Source: Octopus sinensis
Taxonomy: Eukaryota
Direction of reading: 5' to 3'
NCBI RefSeq assembly: GCF_006345805.1
Contig: NC_043017.1
Span: forward strand, 11,284,001-11,348,000
DNA: 64,000 nt
How positions within the stretch are numbered: the stretch's first letter is position 1; each line of letters begins with the position of its first letter. Below, in pieces: positions 13,268 through 25,953 of the stretch. The notes below the pieces were generated by a model. The model did no database searches and was not told where the DNA came from. It saw nothing but the letters and a program-made list of their open reading frames with translations. The translations under genes and the position numbers were made by a program.

Positions 13268-15783
13268 GACTAAACCCTTGAAGTTGATGCCCCAGCATGG
13301 CCATAGTCCAATGACTGAAACAAGTAGACATAAAAGATCATTCAGGAAACACATTCTTAAAAAAAAAATGAAGAAAGTCCATATCCTTGTCGTTATAAAG
13401 TCTGATTACTTCTAATGTTTACATGAATTTCGCATTGGTTTTTATTGTGTCATTGGGGTAACCAGAAACCAACTGTATTATATTACATCAGCATGGTTCC
13501 AAAGTTCAGGGTGCGGCCAAAAAAGATCCCACATTTTATAGATTGACAAACATTTCCACTGCAAACACATAATATGCATCAGTTTCAACCATGATTTGTA
13601 ACTGTAAAAAAAAAAAATGTTTTTTTAAAAAATGGTAAAATGCTAACTACATGAAGGCACTGTTACCATCTGCCTAACTCTACAAGCACCACACCAATGG
13701 GAGGGTTTTCTGCCACATAGCATTCTATATGAAACCAAATGAAAACAAAAAAAATGTTTTTTTGAAACTGGGTCACATGGTTGACTGATTGTAATTGAAG
13801 AGGCAAATTGTGAAACAGAGATGGGAACTTTTAATGAAATTAATTTGCTAATCAGTTTATCTTTAGGAGGTCAGTCACATCCAGGTTTTTTTTTTTTCTT
13901 TTCATTGATCAGTGAAAGTGTATGGCCCAGTGGCTAGGTGTTGCACTAACGATTGTAAGATTGTGCTTTCAAATCCTGAAGTGGGTGGTGTGTTGTGTTC
14001 TTGAGCAAAACTCTTAATTTCGTGTGACCCCACCCCACTCAGCTGTGAATGGGGTGGAACAATAGCTGGGAAGTTGACCCTGCAATGGACCGGTGTTCTA
14101 GAGGAAGTCTTTGTGGTCTCAATCACAAACAAACTGAAGCTCTGGCTTTACAAGTGCTAGGGCTCATGACAGACCCAAGTCCCAGGTGTACCCCACACTA
14201 CAAAAATCCCTAGCGTCCTTCTTGTTACACAGTATGGTATAGTTTGAGAGATATTTGGCTGTTGTTTCTTGCAGATCAGGTAGCTGCATTCAGACTCCCT
14301 TGTTAACTCACCACTTTCATAGTCAATTGCTTTATAAGTTGGTGGAACAATCCATCCATGTAAACATTGGCCTTATTAATATGCTGTCCACTCAGCTGTG
14401 AGTGGGTCCCAGTATTAAGTGGGATGTGGTTAACCCTACAACAGACCCGGCATCCCATTCACATAGGGGAGGGGGTATTTCAATCGCTTATATACCATGC
14501 ACACTGGGTTAAGCTCCATCTAGGCCACGCAGATTACTGATTGAACCTGTACCCCCTCCCTCCCCTGCGCATCACTGATATTCCTTGTCTTAATAATTTC
14601 TGATGGATCAAAAGGTAAAGTTAAACCTTAAGGTATTTGACTCTTTTGCCAAAGACTGCCCTTCATTCCATGACAGAAACCCCCTGTTTTTTGAAGTGAT
14701 CTGAACTACAACCTACCATGGAAACTTCCAAACATCAACTTTTCTAATGGCTGAGTTATTTTACTGTCATCTTCAGTATTTTCAAAATGAATTAAAACAA
14801 AGACTGTATATCACATCAAAAATATGGTGACATAAAGGTTTAGCTTGGAATGTGAAGGGGTTTTGTTTAGTTCAGTAAAGCTATAAAGTATCCAAATTTA
14901 TTTTGACACTGCCCCCTTTCAACAGTGTTTCATTTGTCCCTTTTGAACCCTGCATCAAATACTGTTCCCAATCCTCTCTTCCAACAACTCTCTCTTGCTT
15001 GAGATCCCCTTTCTTATACATGTTGCCCTTTTTATTTTTTAAACTGTTTAGTGCATATCAATCTGGCCCCTCTTCCTTTTTCCACTTGGAATTTCTTTTT
15101 CTTTGGATAAAACACTTAAGGGGGAATTAGTAAAATGTATAAAAACTCTTTGGTGCTCCAAGAATTTTTTGGGGTTTTTTTTTTTTCTGTTATAAAACAG
15201 TAAAATTAAAGGAAACTGCTTATTGTCTTTACCAGCAATATATAGTTCACAAATTTAGCCCATGGAATCTTATTTTGTTCAATGTTTATGACGGAAACAT
15301 TCCATTGGGAAGAGAAGATGACAACAAATGTTTTCTTTCTTTTCTCTCTTCAATGGAAAATTCTTCCCAGAAAATTCTTCTATCAGAATTCTCTTCTATT
15401 TTTCTATCTCGTGGTATTTATTCTGCTCTTCAAACTATCTAGAATTATCTTCCTGTTCTTGCATGGCTCAGCTCATTTCAGCTTAGCCCAGCCATAGGAA
15501 ACAATATCTAGTTTCCTGATCTGTCTGTCTGTCTGTCATCTCTCTCTCTCTCTCTCTCTCTCTGAGCATGTTTCATATTGAGATATATTCAAATTGTGCA
15601 TCACCAAAAAGAGATTAGCAGGTTTCAAATTGCTAATGCACAAAACCTCACAGCTCTTGCTTGGCTTTCATCTTGGAAATGCTGTATTTCATTATTCATA
15701 GATTAACCGTTCCACCTAACAGCCGTTTAGTACATAACAAAGTAGAACCACGGCATATTTGTTGATTTATCTTAGACACTTAT

Positions 15784-16137
15784 AACTCTAATATTAGACA
15801 TTATAATTCGTTAGATAAAATTTTAATTACGCAGTAGAACCATCTCTGGAGTACCTTTGTCTGTATAACATAATGTTTTTGTATTGTAAAAAAACTACAA
15901 GTTGCAGTTTATCATTTGGGAAAAATCCCTTTTCTGTGTTTTTAAGACAATTAGTTCTGAACTCTAATATTAGACATTATAATTCGTTAGATAAAATTTT
16001 AATTACGCAGTAGAACCATCTCTGGAGTACCTTTGTCTGTATAACATAATGTTTTTGTATTGTAAAAAAACTACAAGTTGCAGTTTATCATTTGGGAAAA
16101 ATCCCTTTTCTGTGTTTTTAAGACAATTAGTTCTGAA
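15784..16137. repeat. Exact tandem duplication, 2 x 176 bp
   Basis: Units start at 15784 and 15960 (AACTCTAATATTAGAC...TTAGTTCTG); no differences seen by eye. Confidence 0.9.
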
Positions 16138-16889
16138 GTGTATCTTTTCTCTTTTACTCATTTCTGTCATTGGACTGTGGTCATGCTGGGGCACCGTCCC
16201 GAATTTTTTTAGTCACCCACATCGATCCCAATGCTTATTTATTTTTAGCTAGGTGCTTATTCTTTCGCCAAATCACTATATTACTGGGACCAGTTGTCAA
16301 GCAGTGTGGGGAACAGACATCCGCATGTGCACACACATACACACACACAATCAGCTTCTTTCATTTTCCAGCTACCAAATCCACTCCCAAGGCTTTGGTC
16401 AGCCTGAGGTTATAGCAGAAGACACATGCCTAAGATGCCATGCAGTGGGATTGAACGTAGAACCATGAGGCTTGGAAGCAAGCTTCTTACCGCACAGCCA
16501 TGTCTGTGTCTTAATATTGTGTTTTTTAATGCAATATATTTATAAAGGGATTTTTTTTTCTTGGACGGAAAAGCTTCAGCTTCCGGCTTTTCAACAATAC
16601 ATCTATGTTACGTCTGTCTTCCTGATAAAGATTTTTATAATCCTTAGCAATTTGGAGCAGAAAAGAAACAACAAGCTCGCTGGAGGATACGTGTAACTTC
16701 ATGGACACCTATGTTACCTAATTAGTTGGTGTAATTCCTGTTGCTCTTCTCCATCTCAAATTGGTGCTAATTAAATAATATCTGATCTAAATTAGATTAA
16801 AAATCTCAGTAGTTAATTTGCCAATTAATAACTCTGTTGCGTTATTAGTGTTTATTTTTTCTTTTCATTTCCAGTAATTTCCATTTCAG

Positions 16890-17402
16890 CCACCCATCCA
16901 CAGGAACGAAGCGAAATTGTTTAAAGCAATCCTCCGACGTAAGGGGTATCTAAGTCCATCTCGGAATACTCGTCTCGACACACCCTCACCATTCCAAACT
17001 AAATGCCCAATGACTGCCATTCCCTTACCTAGCAACAAGAACCCCATGCATTTCAACCACACCAACACCAAAACAACAACAACTACATCAACAACACTGA
17101 CCATGACAAAAGCACGTGCCAAAAGGCAGGCGAGAATGTCAGCCCCGACAGTCCCCGTCGCTCAGTGCAAAAACACTGCCGATCTTCGAGTTGGCGTACA
17201 AAAAAATCAGTGTAATGTTCCCAAGGAGACGTGTCCCACCGTTCCTTGTAACAGCTCGGAAGCCAGCGAGAGCGATCCACAAGCATGCCCCGCCGACAGC
17301 AATACTGACGGGCAGGAAGTACAGCAGTCTATCGTAGACAAAAAGAATGCTAAAAACTTAAAGTTGCAACTTCCACATAGTAAGGTCTGTAATGAATGTT
17401 AA
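16890..17402 (+). CDS. Candidate alternative terminal exon of PKN (170 aa + TAA)
   Basis: Pyrimidine-rich acceptor ccatttcag ends at 16889. The frame starts PPIHRNEAKLFKAILRRK, is in phase 0 with exon 8206-8425 and stays open to TAA 17400-17402. GC is clearly above the flanks, and AATAAA lies at 17765-17770. No transcript evidence. Confidence 0.6.
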   Translation, partial: PPIHRNEAKLFKAILRRKGYLSPSRNTRLDTPSPFQTKCPMTAIPLPSNKNPMHFNHTNTKTTTTTSTTLTMTKARAKRQARMSAPTVPVAQCKNTADLRVGVQKNQCNVPKETCPTVPCNSSEASESDPQACPADSNTDGQEVQQSIVDKKNAKNLKLQLPHSKVCNEC

Positions 17403-17851
17403 AGAATGAAGCAGAAATAATCATAATAATAATAATAATAATAACAACAACCACAATGACAATAACAACCACAACCAAAACCAGACAACAACAAAAAAAA
17501 ACAAACAAGCAATGGAAGGTTTGATAAATTTGGATAATGGAGACAGATATTAGATTATTCTAAAGTTTTCAATTTCTTCTCGTCTTAGAAGACAAAATAT
17601 TTTTTTGTCCTCAATATCGATAACTTCACTATGTTTCAGTTGGTTTTGATCTCTAATCATCATCAAATGTTTTATTCTCCAAGTTTGAATGCAGCCTCTG
17701 AAGTTGTTATTTCTAACTAAGGATTGTGGTGTACTTGTATCAGTAACCTTTCTCTTAGTTTGGAAATAAAGGTTTATAATTGAAATTCCGTCTGGGACCA
17801 TCATACATACACACACACATATATCTATGTGTGTGTTTATATATATATATA

Positions 17852-18008
17852 TATAAACAACTTATAAATAAGGTCAAATGAAAAAATTTCTAATGCCAAA
17901 TATGCTGAATATGCCATATAATCATATGGTAATAGACAATATGTCCAATTTTCGGCATATTTGGCATTAGAAATTTTTTTGTTTGCCCTTATTTATAAGT
18001 TGTTTATA
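17852..18008. repeat. Inverted repeat: 58-bp arms, 41-nt spacer
   Basis: 17852-17909 is the reverse complement of 17951-18008 with 4 mismatches. Confidence 0.85.
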
Positions 18009-19925
18009 ATTTTAACCTTTAAAGGCATTTTTTAATATGCTGGCCATTGATAAAAATTTTTTTTTTTCGAAAAAAATTTTATCCTACATTATATATATAT
18101 ATGTATCATCATCATCGTTATCATTTAATGTCCATCTTCCATACTGGCAGGGTTGGACTGTTTGATAAGATCCGATGGGCCAGAGAACTGCATCAAGCTC
18201 CTGTGTCTACTTTGGCATGGTTTCTACAGCTGGATTCCCTTCTTCCTAACACCGACCAAAGCACAGACAGTGCTAGATACTTTTTATGTGGCATTGGCAC
18301 TAGTGAGGTCCCTAAGTATCTCACAAGACAGGGAACCCCTCGACTGAGTGGGACTGTTGTATTCTGGGAGGTGGCTTTGGGCCAGGTGTTAAGAGGAGAG
18401 AAACAAGTGTTTTATTTTAGAGGAAATACATGGTGACCCCTACTTGGGAGGAGAGAAAAGAGATGGTGTTGATGGGGTGTAAGGGTGTACCGTCAAGGTG
18501 CAAGAATTTGACTATCAGAGAGAATATGGAGAGAGGGGATTAGACAGAGTTAATAGACTTGTGATAATAATAAAATGCCTGATGATGATAATGAGAGATG
18601 AGGTTGATTGAAACATAGTGTAGATGTATTTTACTTATAGCTCCCATGTTTCAAAAGTGTTGTGTTCTGGAAAATCTTGCTGTAACGCCAAATTCCATAA
18701 CATAGAACATATTTTCCATTAACTTCCACATCCAATGGAAAAGTAGATTTTGATTTATGGAATTTTATATCATGGCAAGATTATTTGGGAAGGCAACACT
18801 TTCGTAGCATGAGAGAGATGCTTGTAAAATATGTTTCATCTCTAAAAATAAAGTTTTCCAAGAAATTTGCAATCTTACCTACAAAATTCTAAAATATTAA
18901 AGAATAAAAAAACTTGCCTAAGATATTTACCCTATTTTCCGGCATACAAGCCGACATAGTATTTAAGTGTAAACATTTGAACATCATTTCAATCTTTCGA
19001 AATCCTGCTGCATTTCACATAGAAATTTTGGCCCTCCAAAGTTGTCTTGGTTCTATATGTCGACCTACTTGTTTTGGCTGTAAATTTTGCTCTCTAAAAG
19101 TTGTCTTATAATGCCGGAAAATATAGCAGAAACAGAAATGTTGTGGAATCTTTTCTAATACCGAGTAACCAGCCTTCTCAATATTAGGTATTGTTATATC
19201 AATGGAATAAGTTTTGGTCTTGAGTTCTACATAAACGTCTTCTAATATCCAAGTTTGTCACTTCTCTTGTGAGCTTCATGTTTGTTTGGTTTTTGAAGAA
19301 TGAGTTTTTCACACACAATTCACACATTTGCATCCATTTTGGCGTGACGAGTCAGTTTCAGCTGCCTTTTTTTTAAAATTATTTTTGTTACTTTTTTTTG
19401 TATTAAATTTCAAAACTTGTTTTTTTTATTTAGTTGGACTATTTTTCTGTCCTAATGGTTTATCTTTGCTGTTTAAAGTTTTCTGGCCCTTGAAGAATTA
19501 CTTTCACGATTCTCTCCAATCACCAAATATTTGGCACCATGGCTTGAATGCTGTCTTGCAGTCAACTTTCATAAATTGCTTTTATTTAACACTTCTGTTT
19601 CATTATAGATTTCATACAAAGAAGGTTGCATGTGGGTGTGTGTGAGTGAGAAAGAGAGAGAAAATGGAAGGAGAGAGAGATTGCCAAATCAAAAGGCCAT
19701 ACTTACAAGTTTGTGTCCATAAATATGAAAAATTGTATTCTGTTTATACAATCTTGTCCTGTAGATTTTACACTGAGAAAATAGATTAAGCAGGATTTTA
19801 ATTAAATTTTTTAAAGATTTTTATCAGTTGTTATTTACCTTGTCTGGTTTTTAAGGAATTGGTTTAATTTTCATTCATTTCATTCAGACACTTTTTGATA
19901 TCAGTATGCATGTCTATATATATAT

Positions 19926-20069
19926 ATCATCATCATTATCATTTAGCGTCCGTTTTCCATGCTAGCATGGGTTGGACGGTTTAACTGGGGTCTGTGAAGC
20001 CGGACCCCAGTTAAACCATCCAACCCATGCTAGCATGGAAAACGGACGCTAAATGATGATGATGATGAT
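19926..20069. repeat. Fold-back of the family B 3' end: 67-bp arms, 10-nt loop
   Basis: 19926-19992 pairs with 20003-20069 with 2 mismatches; loop TGTGAAGCCG. Confidence 0.92.
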
Positions 20070-20074
20070 GATAG

Positions 20075-20105
<31 letters not shown>

Positions 20106-21284
20106 CATACATTAGGTCATTCCATACATAATGTGGATTCTTTATGTCTGTTTTTCACTGTTAGCGTGGATTAAACGATTAGATTATCAAGGCATTAGTT
20201 TTACAGCCAGATGCTTTTTCCAAGCAAACGGATAACTTATTCCGCACACATCTTTAAAGGTCTAAAGCTAGCAGACAAGGGAAAGGACAACTTCAACAGT
20301 TACCAGAAAAGCACAAATGTAAACATACACACACACACACGCACGCACACGCACACACACGCACGCACACGCACACACACACACACACACACATACATAC
20401 ATGATGGGCTACTTTCATTTTCCATCTTCCAAATCCACTGACAAGGGCTTGGTTATCCTCTGGGCCACAGTAGAAGACGTGTGTGCATATATATATATTT
20501 TTTACTTGTTTCAGTCATTGCACTGTGGCCATGCTGGAGCATTGCCTTGAATGTTTAGTCAAACAAAGCCTGGTACTTGTTTTATCAGTCTCTTTTGTTG
20601 AATCATTAAGTTATGGGGATGTAAACAAACCAATACCAGTTCTCAAGCGCTGGTGGAGGAACAAACACAAGGACACACACACATAATATATGACAAGCTT
20701 CTTTCAGTTTTCCTGTACCAAATCCTCTCACAAGTCTTGGTCAATCAAGAGTTTATGGTAGAAGACACTTGCTTAAGGTGCCAACCAGTGGAACCATGCG
20801 GTTGGGAAGTAAGCTTCTTACCACACAGCCACCTCTGCACCTTATATATGTAGGGCTCTGTCTGTTATATATATTTTTCATGAAGATATTATTTTAGGTT
20901 CCCAATATATTCCCTCAGTCTGAAATTTCTGTCCCATTTTGATCCTTGATTTATCAATCTCACATGACTGACTTGAATACCTAAAATGCACCCCTAACAC
21001 TGGTCTTAGAAGGCCTACATATTTTGCAGGGTGAAGAGCAGGGGTCAGCTTCAGTACAATAACAGCTACCATTTGCATTTCTACTTTATTTGGTCAGCAA
21101 AGGAATCTCTCTTTTCTTCTAATTCACATAACTTCATTTTATCAAACTCCAAAACGAGGAAAGACAGGGTCGACCTTGTGGGATTTGAACAGAAAGGGAA
21201 GAGCCTTAACTAAAAATACTTCTGTGTAGTTTATTCTCTGACACTTCCCTAATAATATTAACAACTCTTTAAACATTAATATCA

Positions 21285-21315
<31 letters not shown>

Positions 21316-21934
21316 ATAATTCAGTGTAAAGTAAATATTTCTGCAAACGTGTATGGTTCTTTTATCTTTTACTTACGGCCATGCTGGAGCACTGCCTCAA
21401 GTTTTTAATAGAACAAATCGATGCCAATATTTTCTTCTTTTTTCTTTTTTTTTTTATTATGCTTTCAAGCCTGATACATATTCTGCCAGCCCCCTTTTGC
21501 CAAACTGCTGTGTTTCAGGGATGCAAATAAACCAACACCATTTGTTAAGCATCAGTGAGGCGCAAACAAGCACAACGACACACATCATCATCATCATCAT
21601 CATCATCATCATATCAATTAATGTCCACGTTCCACACTGATATGAATTGGATGGTTTGGCAGGACTCGTTGGGTCCAAGAACTGCATCATGCTCCAGAGT
21701 CTGCTTTGGCATGGTTTCTGTGGCCTGAGGTCCTTCCTAATACCAACCACTTCACACAGTTTCTGTTTACCAAATTGACTCAGCCATTTGTCATCTCAGA
21801 ACTGTATCCCAACACACTTGCTCGGGTGGCTGTGCAGAGGGACTGAACCCAAAATCTTGTGGTTGGAAAGCAAGCTGCCTAACCATAAAGCCATACCCAC
21901 ACCTGTGTAACTATTTTCAAAAAGATAATGCAAG

Positions 21935-22181
21935 GTCCTTCATGCGCCATACACTTATGTGGCTGGTTTCCCAGATTCTGTGGCATATATATATAGTCCC
22001 CCCACCTGGATGAGACACCAGCCCATTGCAGGATGACTCGTTTTTGCCAGCTGAGTGGACCGGAGCAATGTGAAATGAGGTGTTTTTCTAAAAAACGCAA
22101 CACATTGCCTGGTCCAGGAATTAAAACCACAATCTTACAATCCTGAATGCAACACCCTCGCCCCTAAGCCACGCATCTCCA
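21935..22181 (-). mobile_element. Decayed SINE: second (Met-like) head type plus tail type 1
   Basis: Body as in 45355-45675; tail (CAGGTGGGG...GGGAAACC.GCC) as in 1211-1492. Confidence 0.55.
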
Positions 22182-23612
22182 CGTTTAACTATTTTACGTA
22201 TTGTTATATTTGTTTCTTTCTTCAGTGCTTTAAGTTGTGTACGTGGGTAACCAGATACCAGCCAGCCCAGTGAGCCAAAGCAATAGTCACAAAGTATTAA
22301 ATAGCCTTGAAATGAGGTTTTATTGGTGACCTCTCCTAGATAAATAAACAGTTTGTTTTTCTTTGGAGGTTTTAGAGAATTTGATATATATCGTTATCAT
22401 AAACATCATCATTATTATAATGTCCAATTTCCCATGCTTGCGTGGGTTGGACTGGAGCTTGTTGTAAATTTTCTACAGCTGGATGCACTCCCTGTCACCG
22501 ACCCTCAACTATTTCCCGACAAGGAAGTATATGCTCATGACCAGACATGCCTTTCATGGAAGACTAGAAGTAAACAGCATTGCTTGGCTGTATTGCTTGT
22601 CTATAGCCATCAGATGATGTTAAGACAAGGAGACAGAAGCATAACACATAGTCACACACACACACACTCACATCTAATTCCAGATTCTGTCAACTAAACC
22701 TACTTAGAAGGTTTTGTCAGCCTAGAGCTGTAGTAGAAGACACTTTCCCAAGGTACCATGCAGTGGGACTGAACATGAAGCCATTTGGTTGGGAAGCAAA
22801 TGTCCTAACCACACAGCCATGACTGAGCCACATCGTCATCGTCATCATTTTACTTTTGCTTTCTATGCAGGCAGAGATTGGGTTGTTTGACAGAATCGGA
22901 CAAGATACAAGGCTGCATTGTGGTACGATGTCTCAATTAAGGTCTTGTTTTCTATGGCTGGACATCCTTCCCGGAGCCAGTGATTCTGCAGACTGCACTA
23001 TGGACATTTTAGCACAGCACCATTGCAACAGAGGCTGGGTTATCTGTCGGACAACACTAAAGAGTTTTCCTCTCGGCCTGATGTGTGTATAGGCCCAGGT
23101 ATCGGTGTGTAGTTAAGAAGCTTGCTTTGCAACCTCAGGGTTTTGAGTTCAGTCCCCCTGCACAGCATCTTGGGCACAGGTGTCATCTGCTATGGATGAT
23201 TTGGTAGACAGAAACTGAACAAAGCTCATTGTGTGCAAAGATAGATAGTTTCACACACACACACACACACATTAGTTGTCTGTAATACAATGCAATAAAA
23301 TATTTCCCTTGAAGTTCGCTCGTGGTGAAGCATCCAAATACACTTTGAATTACCAATGCAGGGTTCCGAACAACCACAATGGTGAAACATATGTAGGGGA
23401 AGAAATGATGCAGACTTGTGTTTACCACAATCCCTCCAACAAAATTTTCCCTGGATATCATAACCAGTAATACTTAGTAGTTACTTAATCACTGTACTGG
23501 AAGCCGACTAGATTAGGATAATCTGTGGAGCTCTAAACTTATCTGTAGTAGTTATACCTCTATTGCTACACACACACACACACAAAGAGAGAGAAAGAGA
23601 GAAATGTGTGTT

Positions 23613-24204
23613 AGCTAGCAGAATCGTTAGCACGCCGGGCGGAATGCGTAGCTGTATTTCGTCTGCCGTTACGTTCTGAGTTCAAATTCCGCCGAGGTCG
23701 ACTTTGCCTTTCATCCTTTCGGGGTCGATTAAATAAGTACCAGTTACGCACTGGGGTCGATATAATCTACTTAATCCATTTGTCTGTCCTTGTTTGTCCT
23801 CTCTGTGTTTAGCCCCTTGTGGGTAGTAAAGAAATAGGTATTTCGTCTACCGCTACGTTCTGAGTTCAAATTCCGCCGAGGTCGACTTTGCCTTTCATCC
23901 TTTCGGGGTCGATTAAATAAGTACCAGTTACGCACTGGGGTCGATATAATCTACTTAATCCATTTGTCTGTCCTTGTTTGTCCTCTCTGTGTTTAGCCCC
24001 TTGTGGGTAGTAAAGAAATAGGTATTTCATCTACCGCTACGTTCTGAGTTCAAATTCCGCCGAGGTCGACTTTGCCTTTCATCCTTTCGGGGTCGATTAA
24101 ATAAGTACCAGTTATGCACTGGGGTCGATATAATCTACTTAATCCATTTGTCTGTCCTTGTTTGTCCTCTCTGAATTTAGCCCCTTGTGAGTAGTAAAGA
24201 AATA
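23613..24204 (+). mobile_element. Family C SINE, head-to-tail trimer (184-bp unit)
   Basis: One head (AGCTAGCAGAATCGTTAGCACGCCGGG), then units starting at 23654, 23838 and 24022, each ending TAAAGAAATA. Confidence 0.9.
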
Positions 24205-25098
24205 TATATTTATTTTCTATGAAAGTTGCTTTCTCTGGGTTTTTTAAAGGTGTGCGAAATAATAGTATGAATTTTGAATTGGAAAGTTTATATTGAATTC
24301 TTTCTTGTTCCTTGAGGTTCCGTTTAGAAATTTTCTTTGTTTGCTTTTGGTTTTTCTTATTCCTTCCCACTTCTTGTTTTGGTTTTTTTTTTTTTTGTTC
24401 CTTTTTTTTCCATTTGAAAAGAAAATAATAAACAAATATATAAAGGGCAGCTGAACCTGAGAATGAGAGACACTTTTTAACCTTTGTTCTGCTATTTTCC
24501 TTAAAACGATTTGGCTTTTGTTTTCTAACAAAATGTTAATTATTACCACCACTAATGAATACCTTCTGAAGTGAAAGCCTTTCTTAAGTTATTTTCCACC
24601 TTGAAATATCCACAACGGAAACCTTACGCACAAAACATATCGATACTCATTTCGTTTCCGGCATCCTTCGTTCTGTTATGATTCATTCTAAACAAAGGGT
24701 GCCATAGAACAGGAAGCAAGTTCTTGATAAGCCAAGTCCTCGGTATTGTTTCAATTCTTGGCTGAAGCTGTTTTCAGACTAAATGTCATCTAAGGGGCCA
24801 CCCATCTATATAAGGTTGAAACAAACCCTGTAACTTCTTGTTTCATCCTCCCTTCAAAACCATCTCGATACAAACCTGCCTGACATTGCATGTGCTAAGG
24901 TGTTTGTGTTTCAATTAAAATCTAAAACTAAAGCTAATGACACTTGCTTCTGATAGGGCTTACAGAGGTGGTGCCTGGGGGCTCTACCCCTACAACCCTT
25001 CCTCCAGGAATAGTGGGCTGAGAGAATGGATGGATGAATAGATGGATCAAAAGCTTGTTGTGATAAAAACGATTGCTTTGAGATTGCAATTACTGTAT

Positions 25099-25460
25099 AT
25101 CATCATCATCATCATAATCGTTTAGCATCTGCTTTCCATGCTAGCATGGGTTGGATGGTTCAACTGGGGTCTGGGAAGCCAGAAGGCTGCACCAGGCCCA
25201 GTCTGATCTGGCAATGTTTCTACGGCTGGATGCCCTTCCTAACGCCAGCCACTCTGTGAGTGTAGTGGGTGCTTTTTACGTGCCAGTCGTGGTGGCAAAC
25301 GGCCACGATCGGATGGTGCTTTTTACATGCCACCGGCACAGGGGCCAGGCGAGGCTGGTAACGGCCACGATTGGATGGTTCTCTTACGTACCACCGGCAC
25401 TGGTATCACAGCTGCAATTTCCATTGATGTTGATCAATTTTGATTTTGATTTTCACTTGC
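25099..25460 (-). mobile_element. Family B element with internal short repeats
   Basis: (CAT)n tail on +, followed by the conserved family B body. Confidence 0.8.
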
Positions 25461-25953
25461 CTCAACAGGTCTTCTGTATGTATATAATATATATATACAT
25501 ACAGATATAATGTAGGTCCCCACCTCAAAAGATGGGCAGGAAGATCCACATGTGACTTCTCCACTGAACCAGATTCTGGGTTTGAAATTCACAGCATGCA
25601 AACAAGCACACAGACATTCAGACATTCAGGGGCAAATGACTGGATGTGGAGGTTGAGTGAGTTGTGTCATTTCTGAATTTATACAAATATCAAATATATG
25701 TTGATGATGTCTCGTATGGAGACAAAATAAACTACCTTTTGCAGAGCATGTGTTTTCTGCTACACACTCTCATGAATGTATGTGTGTGTGTATTATATAA
25801 CTGTGCATATATATATGTGTGTGTGTGTGTGTGTATGTATGTGTGGGCCACTTTTGGTAAGCAGAACTGGTGATGTGGTATATATATATATATCATCATC
25901 ATCATCGTTTAACGTCCGTTTTCCGCACTAGCACAGGTTGGACGGTTCAACAA

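Noticed and set aside
16886-17337. Alternative-frame and minus-strand ORFs overlapping the candidate alternative exon
   Set aside because: Shorter, lack in-frame splice context, and are expected shadows of a GC-rich open region.
23654-24204. Regularly spaced direct repeats resembling a CRISPR array
   Set aside because: Units are 184-bp full repeats with no unique spacers, the DNA is eukaryotic, and there are no cas genes.
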